Notes under the pieces: generated by a model
What the model was told of the DNA's origin: nothing
The model's input: only the letters and a program-made list of their open reading frames with translations
Database searches by the model: none
Shown: piece by piece, positions 21,989 through 31,532 of the stretch
Layout: the number at the start of each line of letters is the position of its first letter
Position numbering within the stretch: the stretch's first letter is position 1
Assembly (NCBI GenBank): GCA_022844165.1
Contig: JALHMH010000002.1
Coordinates: 218,910-282,909, forward strand
DNA length: 64,000 bases
Source of the DNA: Lysobacterales bacterium
GTDB lineage: Bacteria; Pseudomonadota; Gammaproteobacteria; Xanthomonadales; SZUA-5
Reading direction: 5' to 3'
Position numbers and translations under genes: made by a program

Positions 21989-23374
21989 ATGAGTAGCGCT
22001 GGTCCTCGTTGGGCTCTGATTGCTGGCCCGCTCGCGGCCATTTGTGTGGGTCTGGTGGCGCATGCCAACGGCATGACGGCAGCATTTTCGTTGACCGCGG
22101 CGCTGACCGCCTGGATCGCATTCTGGTGGGTACTAGAGCCGATACCTGCTCCATATACCGCGCTGCTACCGCTGGCGCTATTGCCTATGTTCGGCATCCT
22201 TGATGCGAAGGGGGTGGCGGAGGCATATGGCAATGAGGTGATCTTGCTGCTCGCAGGCGGCTTCATGCTTTCGGCGGCTGTCGAAAACACAGGTGCCCAT
22301 CGGCGCCTTGCGTTCTGGATGTTGCGCATCACCGGCGGCAGCAGTGGTCGGCGTGTGCTTTGGGGCTTCGTATTGGCCTCTGGATTGCTCAGCATGTGGA
22401 TCTCGAACGCCGCTACCACGTTGCTGCTGATTCCGGTTGCGCTGGCTGTGGTCGAACGTTATCCAGATCCGCGCCTGTCCGCGCCGCTTTTGCTCGGCAT
22501 CGCTTATGCCGCCAGCTTCGGTGGACTCGGCACGCCGATCGGTACGCCGCCAAATCTCATCTTTCGCCAGCAATACGAACAAACCACCGGCGTTGAGATT
22601 GGCTTTGTGGACTGGTTCGTCTGGGGGCTGCCGATCGTCGCGATCACTCTGCCGCTGATGGCGCTTTGGCTGGGGCGTTCGCTAAAGAACACGCCGCCTG
22701 CGGAACTGCCGACCTTGGGCCCCATCAGTGTGGCCGAACGTCGCGTGTTGTTGATCTTCGGGATCGTCGCATGCCTTTGGGTATTTCGAACCGATCCGTG
22801 GGGCGGCTGGCGGGCATGGTTCGACCTTCCCAAGGCATCGGATGCCAGCGTCGCGCTGCTCGGAGCGCTGGCGATGGGGCTGGTGCCCGACGGCAAAGGC
22901 GGCAAACTTCTGGACTGGGGCAGCGCCGAACGCATCCCCTGGGGCACACTGATCCTGTTTGGCGGCGGTATTGCGCTGGCGAGTGCGTTTGGCACGAGCG
23001 GTTTGTCGGATTACATCGCCACACATCTGACCTTGCTCAAAGATCTTCCGCTGCCGCTTATGCTATTCGGACTGTGTCTCGGTGTAACGTTGCTCAGCGA
23101 AATCGCCAGTAACACGGCGACAGCAGCATTGTTGATGCCGCTACTTGCTGCGGCGGCCGCGGCCGCAAATGTGGATCCTCTGGTGTTCATGCTTCCGGCT
23201 GCGCTCGCCGCCAGCCTGGGTTTTATGCTTCCGGTGGCTACGGCACCCAACGCCATCGCCTACGCGACCGGCCACGTCGACAATCGGCGCATGCTGCGCG
23301 AGGGTTGGCTGTTGGACATCCTTGGTGTCGCCGCCGTTTCCGCCGTGGTGTACACCGTTTTCGCGTGGAGGTAA
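21989..23374 (+). CDS. SLC13/DASS family anion/dicarboxylate symporter
   Basis: SMWISNAATT, GTPIGTPPN, SNTATAA, MLPVATAPNAI. Confidence 0.92.
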   Translation: MSSAGPRWALIAGPLAAICVGLVAHANGMTAAFSLTAALTAWIAFWWVLEPIPAPYTALLPLALLPMFGILDAKGVAEAYGNEVILLLAGGFMLSAAVENTGAHRRLAFWMLRITGGSSGRRVLWGFVLASGLLSMWISNAATTLLLIPVALAVVERYPDPRLSAPLLLGIAYAASFGGLGTPIGTPPNLIFRQQYEQTTGVEIGFVDWFVWGLPIVAITLPLMALWLGRSLKNTPPAELPTLGPISVAERRVLLIFGIVACLWVFRTDPWGGWRAWFDLPKASDASVALLGALAMGLVPDGKGGKLLDWGSAERIPWGTLILFGGGIALASAFGTSGLSDYIATHLTLLKDLPLPLMLFGLCLGVTLLSEIASNTATAALLMPLLAAAAAAANVDPLVFMLPAALAASLGFMLPVATAPNAIAYATGHVDNRRMLREGWLLDILGVAAVSAVVYTVFAWR

Positions 23375-23435
23375 CCGGCGAGGCTTTACCGGCATTGAGA
23401 CCAATACTCGCTGCGCGATCAGGCAGAATTGGGCT

Positions 23436-25211
23436 ATGAACGACCGCTCCCGATTTGCTGGCGCCAGAACGCCGCCTTACAGCCTTGATGCCGAGCAGGC
23501 TGTGCTCGGTGCCTTGATGTTGTCCGACGAGGCCTATTTCAAAATCTCCGACAAGGTATCCAGCGAGGATTTCTATCGGCAGGACCACCGCACGATTTTT
23601 CAGGCGATTTCGGCGCTGAAGGAGAAAGGCCAACCCTGCGATGCGGTGACGCTCGGCGAGTGGCTGGAACGCAACGAACTGGCCGAGAGCGCCGGTGGCA
23701 TCGCCTACGTCATCGAACTGGCGAACAACACGCCGGGTAGCGCAAACATCGTTGCGTACGCGGAGATCGTGCGCGAGAAGGCGATCATGCGCCAGCTGAT
23801 GGAGGCCGGCACCGAGATCGTTGACGGTGTGCTGGCGCCAGAAGGCCGCGGCAGCGAGGAGTTGCTGCAATCGGCCGAAAAGCTGGTGTTCGATATCGGT
23901 GAGCGCGGCAAGCGTGGACGGGGTACGTTTGTGCCAGTTTCCGAGGCGCTCAAAGAGGCGTATCGCACCATCGAGCATCGATATTCGAACAAAGGCACGT
24001 TGAGCGGTCTGGATACCGGTTTTGTCGACCTCAATCAGATGACCAACGGCCTGCAGCCAGGTGATCTGGTGATCGTTGCGGCACGTCCTTCGATGGGCAA
24101 AACATCGTTCGCGATGAACATTGCCGAACACGCAGCCATTCAAAGCGGCCAGCCGGTGGCCATCTTCAGTATGGAAATGCCAACCGCGCAGCTCGCGCTG
24201 CGCATGATTTCGTCATTGGGCCGCATCGATCAGCGGCGGTTGCGCAATGGCGATCTGGCCGACGAAGACTGGCCTCGCGTGACCAGTGCCATTACGCTTT
24301 TGACCGGCGCACGGATTTTCATCGACGATACTGCCGGGCTCTCGCCATCGGAGCTGCGTGCGCGCACGCGGCGGCTGAAACGCGAGCACGGGCTGGGACT
24401 CATCGTCATCGACTACATGCAGCTGATGCAGGTGCCCGGAACACGCGAGAATCGCGCCACAGAGATCAGCGAAATCTCGCGTAATCTGAAAGCGATTGCC
24501 AAAGAGATGAACGTGCCGGTGATTGCTTTGAGTCAGCTGAACCGCTCGCTGGAACAACGAAACGACAAACGCCCGATCATGGCCGATCTGCGCGAGTGCG
24601 TGACCGGCGATACGCTTGTGGTGCTGAGCGACGGCCGGCGCATTCCGGTCGCCTCGTTGGTTGGCAAGAAACCGCGGGTCATGTGCATCGACGCCGAGCG
24701 CACCATCGGCAGCGCGCGCGCCGAGGAGGTATACGCCGTCGGCAAACAGCCCACGCTCGTGATTGCAACCGACGCTGGCGTCACCTTGCGCGCCAGCGCA
24801 GGTCATCGCGTACTGACCGCAGAGGGCTGGAGCACCGCAGGCGAGTTGCAGATTGGCAATCGCCTGGCGTTCTGCCGGCAGTCGTTGCACGCTTGGAATT
24901 GCGAATTCGCGCACATCACCGGCATCGCCAAAGGCGGTGTCGAAACGGTGTACGACTTGAGTGTACCTGGGCCGGAGAACTGGCTGGCCGATGGCATCGT
25001 GTGCCACAACTCCGGTGCGATCGAGCAAGACGCCGATCTGATCTGTTTCATTTATCGCGACGAGTACTACCATCAGGACTCGGCAAAAAAAGGTATCGCC
25101 GAAATCATCATCGCCAAGCACCGAAATGGGCCGACGGGCAGTCTGGATCTTTGGTTCCGCGGCCAGTTCACGCGTTTCGATTCGATTGCGCGCGAAAGCG
25201 CGTTCGACTGA
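23436..25211 (+). CDS. dnaB: Replicative helicase DnaB containing an intein
   Basis: PPYSLDAEQAVLG, AARPSMGKT, FSMEM, DYMQL, ALSQLNR, DLRE|SGAIEQDAD split by an insert, KHRNGP. Confidence 0.96.
   Translation: MNDRSRFAGARTPPYSLDAEQAVLGALMLSDEAYFKISDKVSSEDFYRQDHRTIFQAISALKEKGQPCDAVTLGEWLERNELAESAGGIAYVIELANNTPGSANIVAYAEIVREKAIMRQLMEAGTEIVDGVLAPEGRGSEELLQSAEKLVFDIGERGKRGRGTFVPVSEALKEAYRTIEHRYSNKGTLSGLDTGFVDLNQMTNGLQPGDLVIVAARPSMGKTSFAMNIAEHAAIQSGQPVAIFSMEMPTAQLALRMISSLGRIDQRRLRNGDLADEDWPRVTSAITLLTGARIFIDDTAGLSPSELRARTRRLKREHGLGLIVIDYMQLMQVPGTRENRATEISEISRNLKAIAKEMNVPVIALSQLNRSLEQRNDKRPIMADLRECVTGDTLVVLSDGRRIPVASLVGKKPRVMCIDAERTIGSARAEEVYAVGKQPTLVIATDAGVTLRASAGHRVLTAEGWSTAGELQIGNRLAFCRQSLHAWNCEFAHITGIAKGGVETVYDLSVPGPENWLADGIVCHNSGAIEQDADLICFIYRDEYYHQDSAKKGIAEIIIAKHRNGPTGSLDLWFRGQFTRFDSIARESAFD
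24597..25010 (+). mobile_element. 138-aa mini-intein (Hint domain only, no homing endonuclease)
   Basis: Block A CVTGDT, block B ASAGHRV, block F VYDLSV, terminal HN followed by extein Ser; removal restores DLRESGAIEQDAD. Confidence 0.95.
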
Positions 25212-25220
25212 CCGGCCTCC

Positions 25221-27266
25221 ATGCCGCTGCGCATGAAACTGCTGTTGATCGCCTTGGTAGCGGCAGTGTTTCCGCTCGCCGGGTGGCGCTTCGTCGTACA
25301 GATGGAAGCCACTCTTCGCCAGAGCCTGGAACAATCGCTGCTGGCGAGTGCCCGCACGCTGGCGAGTGCGATGCCAGCGATCGATCCACAGCTGCACTCG
25401 GCGTTGGCGACACCGGCACTGCATGCACGGCCGATGAGCGTTGATGTAGCGGTTGACGGATTTGGTGATGACTGGGGCGCCTGGCATCGATCGCCGGAAT
25501 GGCTCGCTACGCGGCGGGATGGCTTGCCGGCACGAATCATGGTCGGTATCGGCCCAAGCGCCGTAAACTTGTGGCTCGACATCGACGACGCCACGCCCGT
25601 GCATGCCGGCGCAGACGGCTCTTTCAGTGACGGCGCCGATCGTATCCACATCAAGGTGCGTGACCGTTTCGGGTTGCGCCAATGGCTGCTGCCGCGCAGT
25701 GCAGGAGGCGATCTGAGCGCCGAGCCGATGCCCGGCGATGATGGACGTCAGCCCAGCTTTGCGTTACCCGCTGCAATGCGCGAAAGCGCCAGGGGTTATA
25801 CGGTCGAGTTGCGCCTGCCAATTGCCGATCCTGGCCTGACGATTGCAATTGATGCGATCGACATGCCCCATCGAGGCGCCGATCTGCCGCGCGCGTGGGC
25901 CAGTACGACCAGCGATGGCAGCTTCCGTGCGCTCGCGACTTTATGGCAAGAGACGCCGTTGATTCGCAGCCTGATTCCCACCGGAACGCGCCTGCGTGTG
26001 ATCGACCGGGCTGGCTATGCGCTGGCGCGCTCGGGCAGCCTGCGTCCCGGTAGCGATACGTCCGACGATAGCGATCAGAGCGTCCTGCGCTGGCTGCGTG
26101 CGGTGATTTACCGACGCCTGATGGCGCCCACTTTGGCCGAACCCGGTGGTTACGGCTTCAACGAGCTGCAACTGAGGGCGCCGCAAATTGATGCCGCGCT
26201 GACCGGCACGCCGAGCATCGTCTGGCGACCTGCCGCCAGCGAAGCCAGCGTCATTCTCGCCGCTGCCGCGCCGATTTTGCTCGACGGCGATGTCGTGGGT
26301 ACTGTGTTGTTGGAGCAGACCTCCGACGCGCTGCTGCTTTGGACCAATCGTGCCCTTGGCAGTTTGCTGTTGGGTGGCTTGTTGACGATGATTTTTGCCG
26401 CCGCGATCTTGTTCGGCTACGCCGGATATCTGTCGTTCCGAATTCGCAAGTTGCGCAATGCGACCGAAGCCGCGCTCAGTGCCGAAGGTCGCCTCGTCGG
26501 TAACTTCCCGCGTTCCAGTTCGGTCGACGAAATCGGTGATCTATCGCGCAGCTTCGCCAAACTGCTGGATCAGGTAGGCACTTACACCGATTACTTGCGC
26601 ACGCTCGGCAGCAAACTCTCGCACGAGCTGGCGACTCCGCTGGCGGTGGTCAAGTCTTCACTGGAGAACCTCGAACAGGAGCAACTGCCCGAGTCTGCGC
26701 GCGTGTACGCCGAGCGCGCGCGCTCCGGCGCCGAGCGGCTCGGTGTGTTATTGCGCAATCTGAGCCAGGCTTCGCGCATCGAAAGCGCCATCGCCACGGC
26801 CGAGGCCGAGGACTTTGATTTGCGTCAGGCGGTGATCGGCGCCGCCGCTGGTTATCGCGATCTGGCCAGCGATCGGCGCTTGGATCTGGATATCCCCGAA
26901 TCCCCGGTTCGCCTGTTCGGCGCACCTGAGCTGATCCATCAGGCCCTCGACAAGCTGGTCGACAATGCGCTTGGATTCACGCCGCCCGGTGGTTGGATCA
27001 AACTCTCGCTTGCCGTCACGCCCAATGCGATCGAATTGGCAGTGTCGAATAACGGACCGCCGTTGCCATCACGTCTGCAAGACAAGCTATTCGACTCGTT
27101 GATTTCGGTGCGCGATGGGCGTGTCTCTACCTCGCCACACCTGGGTCTGGGCCTGTACATCGTGCGCCTCGTGGCCGAGCTTCACCAGGGCGAAGCCGTC
27201 GCCAACAACATTGCCGATGGTGTCGAGTTTCGCATGCTGATGAAAGGCATGCAGCGCGGCCGGTAA
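25221..27266 (+). CDS. Sensor histidine kinase, PdsS-like (dedicated sortase system type), with HAMP
   Basis: Two TM segments, periplasmic VDGFGDDW motif, SKLSHELATP, DKLVDNA, HLGLGLYIVRL; family assignment by recalled resemblance. Confidence 0.8.
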   Translation: MPLRMKLLLIALVAAVFPLAGWRFVVQMEATLRQSLEQSLLASARTLASAMPAIDPQLHSALATPALHARPMSVDVAVDGFGDDWGAWHRSPEWLATRRDGLPARIMVGIGPSAVNLWLDIDDATPVHAGADGSFSDGADRIHIKVRDRFGLRQWLLPRSAGGDLSAEPMPGDDGRQPSFALPAAMRESARGYTVELRLPIADPGLTIAIDAIDMPHRGADLPRAWASTTSDGSFRALATLWQETPLIRSLIPTGTRLRVIDRAGYALARSGSLRPGSDTSDDSDQSVLRWLRAVIYRRLMAPTLAEPGGYGFNELQLRAPQIDAALTGTPSIVWRPAASEASVILAAAAPILLDGDVVGTVLLEQTSDALLLWTNRALGSLLLGGLLTMIFAAAILFGYAGYLSFRIRKLRNATEAALSAEGRLVGNFPRSSSVDEIGDLSRSFAKLLDQVGTYTDYLRTLGSKLSHELATPLAVVKSSLENLEQEQLPESARVYAERARSGAERLGVLLRNLSQASRIESAIATAEAEDFDLRQAVIGAAAGYRDLASDRRLDLDIPESPVRLFGAPELIHQALDKLVDNALGFTPPGGWIKLSLAVTPNAIELAVSNNGPPLPSRLQDKLFDSLISVRDGRVSTSPHLGLGLYIVRLVAELHQGEAVANNIADGVEFRMLMKGMQRGR

Positions 27267-27512
27267 TTCCGGAACCGACCATTCGACATCATACGAGAGC
27301 TTTGACAGATAGCCTCAGATGGCGTTGGCTCGAGAATTGCCATTCGTCGCGCTCGGGGGAGAGCACAACCACTCGAAGGGTCAGGCGGCGCTCGGCCAAA
27401 CATCAGCAACCTTGCGTGCGAGCTCATCCCGAGCATGATCGCACTCCGATCAGGGCACTCGCGAAATGCAGGACGCGCTATCGTAGGCCGTCGCATCGCT
27501 TCGGCCAGGACC

Positions 27513-28331
27513 ATGACCGACAACACCGCTAGCCGTCCGCACGTCGTTGAGTTCCGCAACGTCAGCAAAACTTACGGCGAAGGCACACGCGCCTACACGG
27601 CCATCAAGAACGTGAATTTTGTGGTCGAGGACCGACCGGATCACGGCGAATTCGTCGCCATTCTGGGTCCGTCTGGTTGCGGCAAATCGACGGTTTTTCG
27701 CCTGATTGCCGGCCTGTCGCCCCAGCATCCGCCTAGTACCGGTCAGGTATTGGTATTCGGCAAACCGGTGAACGGTGCTGGTGCGGATCGCGGCATGGTG
27801 TTCCAGGATTACACCAGCTTCGACCACCTGCGCGTGATCGACAACATCGCCTTCGGATTGGAATGCCGGGGGGTGCCATTGACGGAGCGTCGCGATCAAG
27901 CGCGCTTGTGGATCGAGAAGATGGGGCTGAACCCCGCGACCGATGCGATGAAATTCCCGCACGAGTTGTCCGGCGGTATGCGTCAGCGTGTGGCCATCGC
28001 ACGCACGCTGATCCTGCATCCGCGCATCATATTGATGGATGAACCCTTCGGTGCGCTCGATCCCGGCACGCGTTATGCGATGCAGGATTTGCTGGTGAAA
28101 CTCTGGCGCGAACAACAAGCCACCGTGTTTTTCATCACCCACTCGATCGAAGAGGCGGTGTATCTGGGCGATCGCGTATTGATCATGTCGCGCGCGCCGG
28201 GCACCATTCTCCATGAGCTGCGGATGGAACACTCGACGCGTCCCGCCCGCGATGTGCAGCGCGAGCCGGCGTTTCTGGAGGCCGTGTTCAAGGTGCGCGA
28301 CATCATCGAGCAGCTGGAGAAACCCGCATAA
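27513..28331 (+). CDS. NitT/TauT-type ABC ATP-binding protein (no permease adjacent)
   Basis: GPSGCGKS, MVFQDY, LSGGMRQRVAIAR, MDEPFGALD, ITHSIEEA. Confidence 0.9.
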   Translation: MTDNTASRPHVVEFRNVSKTYGEGTRAYTAIKNVNFVVEDRPDHGEFVAILGPSGCGKSTVFRLIAGLSPQHPPSTGQVLVFGKPVNGAGADRGMVFQDYTSFDHLRVIDNIAFGLECRGVPLTERRDQARLWIEKMGLNPATDAMKFPHELSGGMRQRVAIARTLILHPRIILMDEPFGALDPGTRYAMQDLLVKLWREQQATVFFITHSIEEAVYLGDRVLIMSRAPGTILHELRMEHSTRPARDVQREPAFLEAVFKVRDIIEQLEKPA

Positions 28332-28387
28332 GGACAAAGCCGACAAGACACCTCAGAGCCATTTGAATATCCTATTCAAGCCGCTCC

Positions 28388-29239
28388 TCAGGTGCGTGCC
28401 AGCAGTGCATCGACAAAGCTTGCGACGGCCCGTTCGGCAGTGTGGAAAAACAGCGAGGGTTCCGTCAGTTCCAGCTCCAGCAATTGCGGCTCGCCCTGAG
28501 GGTTCTGCAACAAATCGACGCGCGCATACAAGGGCATAGCAAAGGGCAACGCTGCCAGCACCTTGGCACCCGTGGCTAACTCCTCGGCGCTCGGGGTCCG
28601 CGGTGTGATGTGCTCGGCAGCGAACAGCGCGCGCGTCGGCTCGCCGTTGGGTGTCAGCAACGGGCCTTTGCGGATCGCGTGCGAAAACACGCCGTTGAAG
28701 TACAACAGCGACGTTTCGCCCAGCGAGTCGACTCGATCCAGATAGGGCTGCACCAATACATCGCGTCCTTGCGCCAACAAGGCTTCGCCGTGGCGCATCG
28801 CACCAACGGGATCGCCAACAAAACGTCTGGCGCCCCGCGAACCGGCGCTGACGGCCGGCTTGACGACCAGTTCTCCTGCACCAGGCAGCGGCATCGGCTG
28901 ACCCACACGTACCATTGTGGTGGGCACAATCGGAACCCCGTTGCTGGCCAGCTCGAGCAAATAGCCCTTGTGCGTATTCCAGGCGACCACCGGCAACGGG
29001 TTCTGCAGCGCCGTGCAGGCAGCGACACGGTCCGCCCAACGCAAGAATTCGGGCAGGCGGTCAGTGTAGTCCCAGGTCGATCGGATCAGGACGCAGTGGA
29101 ATTGCGCGAAGTCAATGTCCGGATCGTCCCAATCGACGATGCGGTGATCCATGCCACGGCTTGCCAACGCTGCCGAAAGTATCGGCATATCCTCGTCTTT
29201 GTCGCGCGCCTCACGCGCCGTAACCAACGCAAGCGTCAT
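28388..29239 (-). CDS. RimK-like ATP-grasp protein
   Basis: IRSTWDY, WNTHKGYL, VVKPAVSAGS, YARVDL, LELELTEPSLF. Confidence 0.85.
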   Translation of the reverse strand: MTLALVTAREARDKDEDMPILSAALASRGMDHRIVDWDDPDIDFAQFHCVLIRSTWDYTDRLPEFLRWADRVAACTALQNPLPVVAWNTHKGYLLELASNGVPIVPTTMVRVGQPMPLPGAGELVVKPAVSAGSRGARRFVGDPVGAMRHGEALLAQGRDVLVQPYLDRVDSLGETSLLYFNGVFSHAIRKGPLLTPNGEPTRALFAAEHITPRTPSAEELATGAKVLAALPFAMPLYARVDLLQNPQGEPQLLELELTEPSLFFHTAERAVASFVDALLART

Positions 29240-29428
29240 GCCGCAATCCTCACCACTCGACCAAACCCGCGATGCACAATAGCGACTGCGCAGTGCGTTA
29301 AGAAGTCGCGCAGGCGATGCGCGCAGCTGACAACCAGTGCGTCGGGGCATTCATGCACGAGAACCAGGAGAGGCTCGGCGATACGTGGACGAATAAGGTT
29401 CATCGTTGCGCACCCTATACTCGCGCCC

Positions 29429-30085
29429 ATGAGCATGTTCGAGCGCCGCCTCCCGTATTTCATCATCGCGCTAGCCATTGTGGCTGGGATGGCGGGCTTC
29501 TGGGTGAGCAAAAATCTGTATGGGCCGGTGCCTCGTGGCGATGAGTTCCGCCAGCTTCGGGGCACTTTGCTCTATCCGGCGGCGCGTCGGCTGCCTGCGT
29601 TTTCGCTGACCAGCAGCCTGGGGACGACGGTGGATCCCGCGCAGTGGACAGGCGGCTGGCGGTTGGTGTTCTTTGGTTTCACGGCTTGTCCCGATGTGTG
29701 CCCAACGACCTTAGGGACACTCAAGGTGGCGATCGCGCGGGCTCGCGAGCAGGCGCCGCAGGCTCGATTCGACGTCAGCTTTGTGTCTGTCGATCCGGAA
29801 CGCGATACGCTGGATAAGTTAGCGGCATACGTGGGTTTTTTCAGCCCCGACTTCGAATCGCTCACGGGCGACAAGGCGGCAATCGACGTGTTGGTGCGTG
29901 GCCTGTCCGCGATCTACGAAAAAGTTCCGACGGGCGATGGGCCATTCGACTACACGATCGACCACACTGCCTCGATTTTCGTGATCGGTCCGACCGGCGA
30001 ACTGGTCGGTTTGATGCGGCCGCCGCACGATGCACAGAAGATCACCGCCGACCTTGTCGACCTTGCCCGAGGGACCGCCCCGTGA
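29429..30085 (+). CDS. SCO1/SenC family copper chaperone
   Basis: FFGFTACPDVCP, SVDPERD, YTIDHTA. Confidence 0.93.
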   Translation: MSMFERRLPYFIIALAIVAGMAGFWVSKNLYGPVPRGDEFRQLRGTLLYPAARRLPAFSLTSSLGTTVDPAQWTGGWRLVFFGFTACPDVCPTTLGTLKVAIARAREQAPQARFDVSFVSVDPERDTLDKLAAYVGFFSPDFESLTGDKAAIDVLVRGLSAIYEKVPTGDGPFDYTIDHTASIFVIGPTGELVGLMRPPHDAQKITADLVDLARGTAP

Positions 30086-30978
30086 TGCGCGATCTTGCCA
30101 CCGCCCTGCAGCTTTTGTTGCCGCATCGATTGTTGTCGCGTTTGGTGTACTACGCAACGCGTTGGCGATTTGGGCCATGGAAGGCTTTGCTGATCGGCAC
30201 GTTAAAGAGCGCTTACGGAATACGGCTCGATGACGCGGTGATCAAAAACACCGCTGAGTTTGAACATTTCAATGCGTTTTTTACCCGTGAGCTCAGGCCG
30301 GATGCGCGCCCCATCGCCAACGGCGCCATCGTTAGTCCTGCAGATGGTAAAGTTTCGCAAGCCGGCCTGGTCCGCGAAGGCCGGATCGTCCAGGCCAAAG
30401 GCATCGATTTTTCAGTCGAAGAGTTGTTGGGTGACGCTGCAGAGGCCGCGTTGTACGACGGCGGCCGCTTTGCGACGATCTATTTGAGCCCACGCGATTA
30501 CCATCGCGTGCATATGCCTCTGGCCGGCACGTTGCGCCGTTCGACGCACATTCCTGGCCGCTTGTTCAGTGTCGCGCCGAAGATCGTCGAATCGATCCCT
30601 CGCCTGTACGCCCGCAATGAACGCTTGTGCCTGCTGTTCGACACCGAATATGGTCCGATGGCACTGGTCTTTGTCGGTGCGATTTTCGTTTCCAGCATAC
30701 AAACTGTGTTCGAAGGCGAAGTCACTCCGCCGTATGCTTCGCGCATCCGCCACCGCGACTTCGAACCCGAACGTGCGCCGCGCTTCGCGACCGGGGAAGA
30801 AGTGGGTCGCTTCAACATGGGTTCGACGGTGGTCGTGTTACTGCCCAAAGATGCTCCTCCGTGGCTTGAGCTGAAATCAGAAGCGCCGATCAAAATGGGC
30901 GAAGCACTGAGCGTATCACTCGCGATGCTGTCCGTCGCCACTCGAGAACCCGAGCCATTCCCAGGGGAAATCGCATGA
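30082..30978 (+). CDS. psd: Phosphatidylserine decarboxylase
   Basis: FNAFFTREL, SPADG, YLSPRDYHRVHMP, cleavage motif FNMGST. Confidence 0.95.
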   Translation: MMRDLATALQLLLPHRLLSRLVYYATRWRFGPWKALLIGTLKSAYGIRLDDAVIKNTAEFEHFNAFFTRELRPDARPIANGAIVSPADGKVSQAGLVREGRIVQAKGIDFSVEELLGDAAEAALYDGGRFATIYLSPRDYHRVHMPLAGTLRRSTHIPGRLFSVAPKIVESIPRLYARNERLCLLFDTEYGPMALVFVGAIFVSSIQTVFEGEVTPPYASRIRHRDFEPERAPRFATGEEVGRFNMGSTVVVLLPKDAPPWLELKSEAPIKMGEALSVSLAMLSVATREPEPFPGEIA

Positions 30979-31113
30979 CCTTATGTCCCGTTGCACTTGC
31001 CGTCGGTTGTCAACGTTGCCCGATCTTCGCCGTGTGCCCGGCGAAGTCGATCATCGGCGATCAACCTAAGGCGCCTAAGAAAAAGACCGATGCACCGAGT
31101 CGCCGCCGCTAGC

Positions 31114-31532
31114 GTCCTTGATGGAGCCGGATCTTGTCAATTGAGTCTGTTTCTTCGGAGCGGCTTTGGCTTTGGCAGCCCCCTTAAATTAAGGGGGGTG
31201 AAGATCGGCGCTTACACGCCGCAAGGCGTGTGCCGAGCCGAACGACCGGCGGCTGTGCCGCCGGGCCGGAAATGCGCGCAGTGCTCGATGGGGGTTGTGG
31301 CAAGTACGCTGTCTGGCGAAGCCAACAATGCTCGGCGGTCTGAGGCGAAGCCTCGCTATAGTCCTTGACGGAGACTGATCTCGACAAATGAGTCAAATTT
31401 TCGACGAAGCGGCTTTGGCTTTTGAAGCCCCCTTGAGTCAATTGAGTCAAGGGGACGCGCGGAGCGCGGGGTTGTTGCGAGTACGGTGTCGGACGAAGCC
31501 AGCAATGCTCGCCGGTCTGAGGCGAAGCCTCG
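31114..31532 (+). repeat. Head-to-tail tandem of the dispersed element: unit 1 31114-31355 (242 bp), linker CTATA, unit 2 31361-31532 (172 bp)
   Basis: Both units begin GTCCTTGA and end TGAGGCGAAGCCTCG; outer flanks CTAGC / TTAGC. Confidence 0.92.

Noticed and set aside
24213-25682. Long antisense ORFs (e.g. 489 aa here, 5803-7026, 52764-54158)
   Set aside because: Shadow frames of well-supported genes in high-GC DNA, with no recognisable motifs.
28363-28379. Hairpin TTGAATA-TCC-TATTCAA as a terminator or operator
   Set aside because: AT-rich 7-bp stem with no U-tract and a single occurrence; insufficient support.
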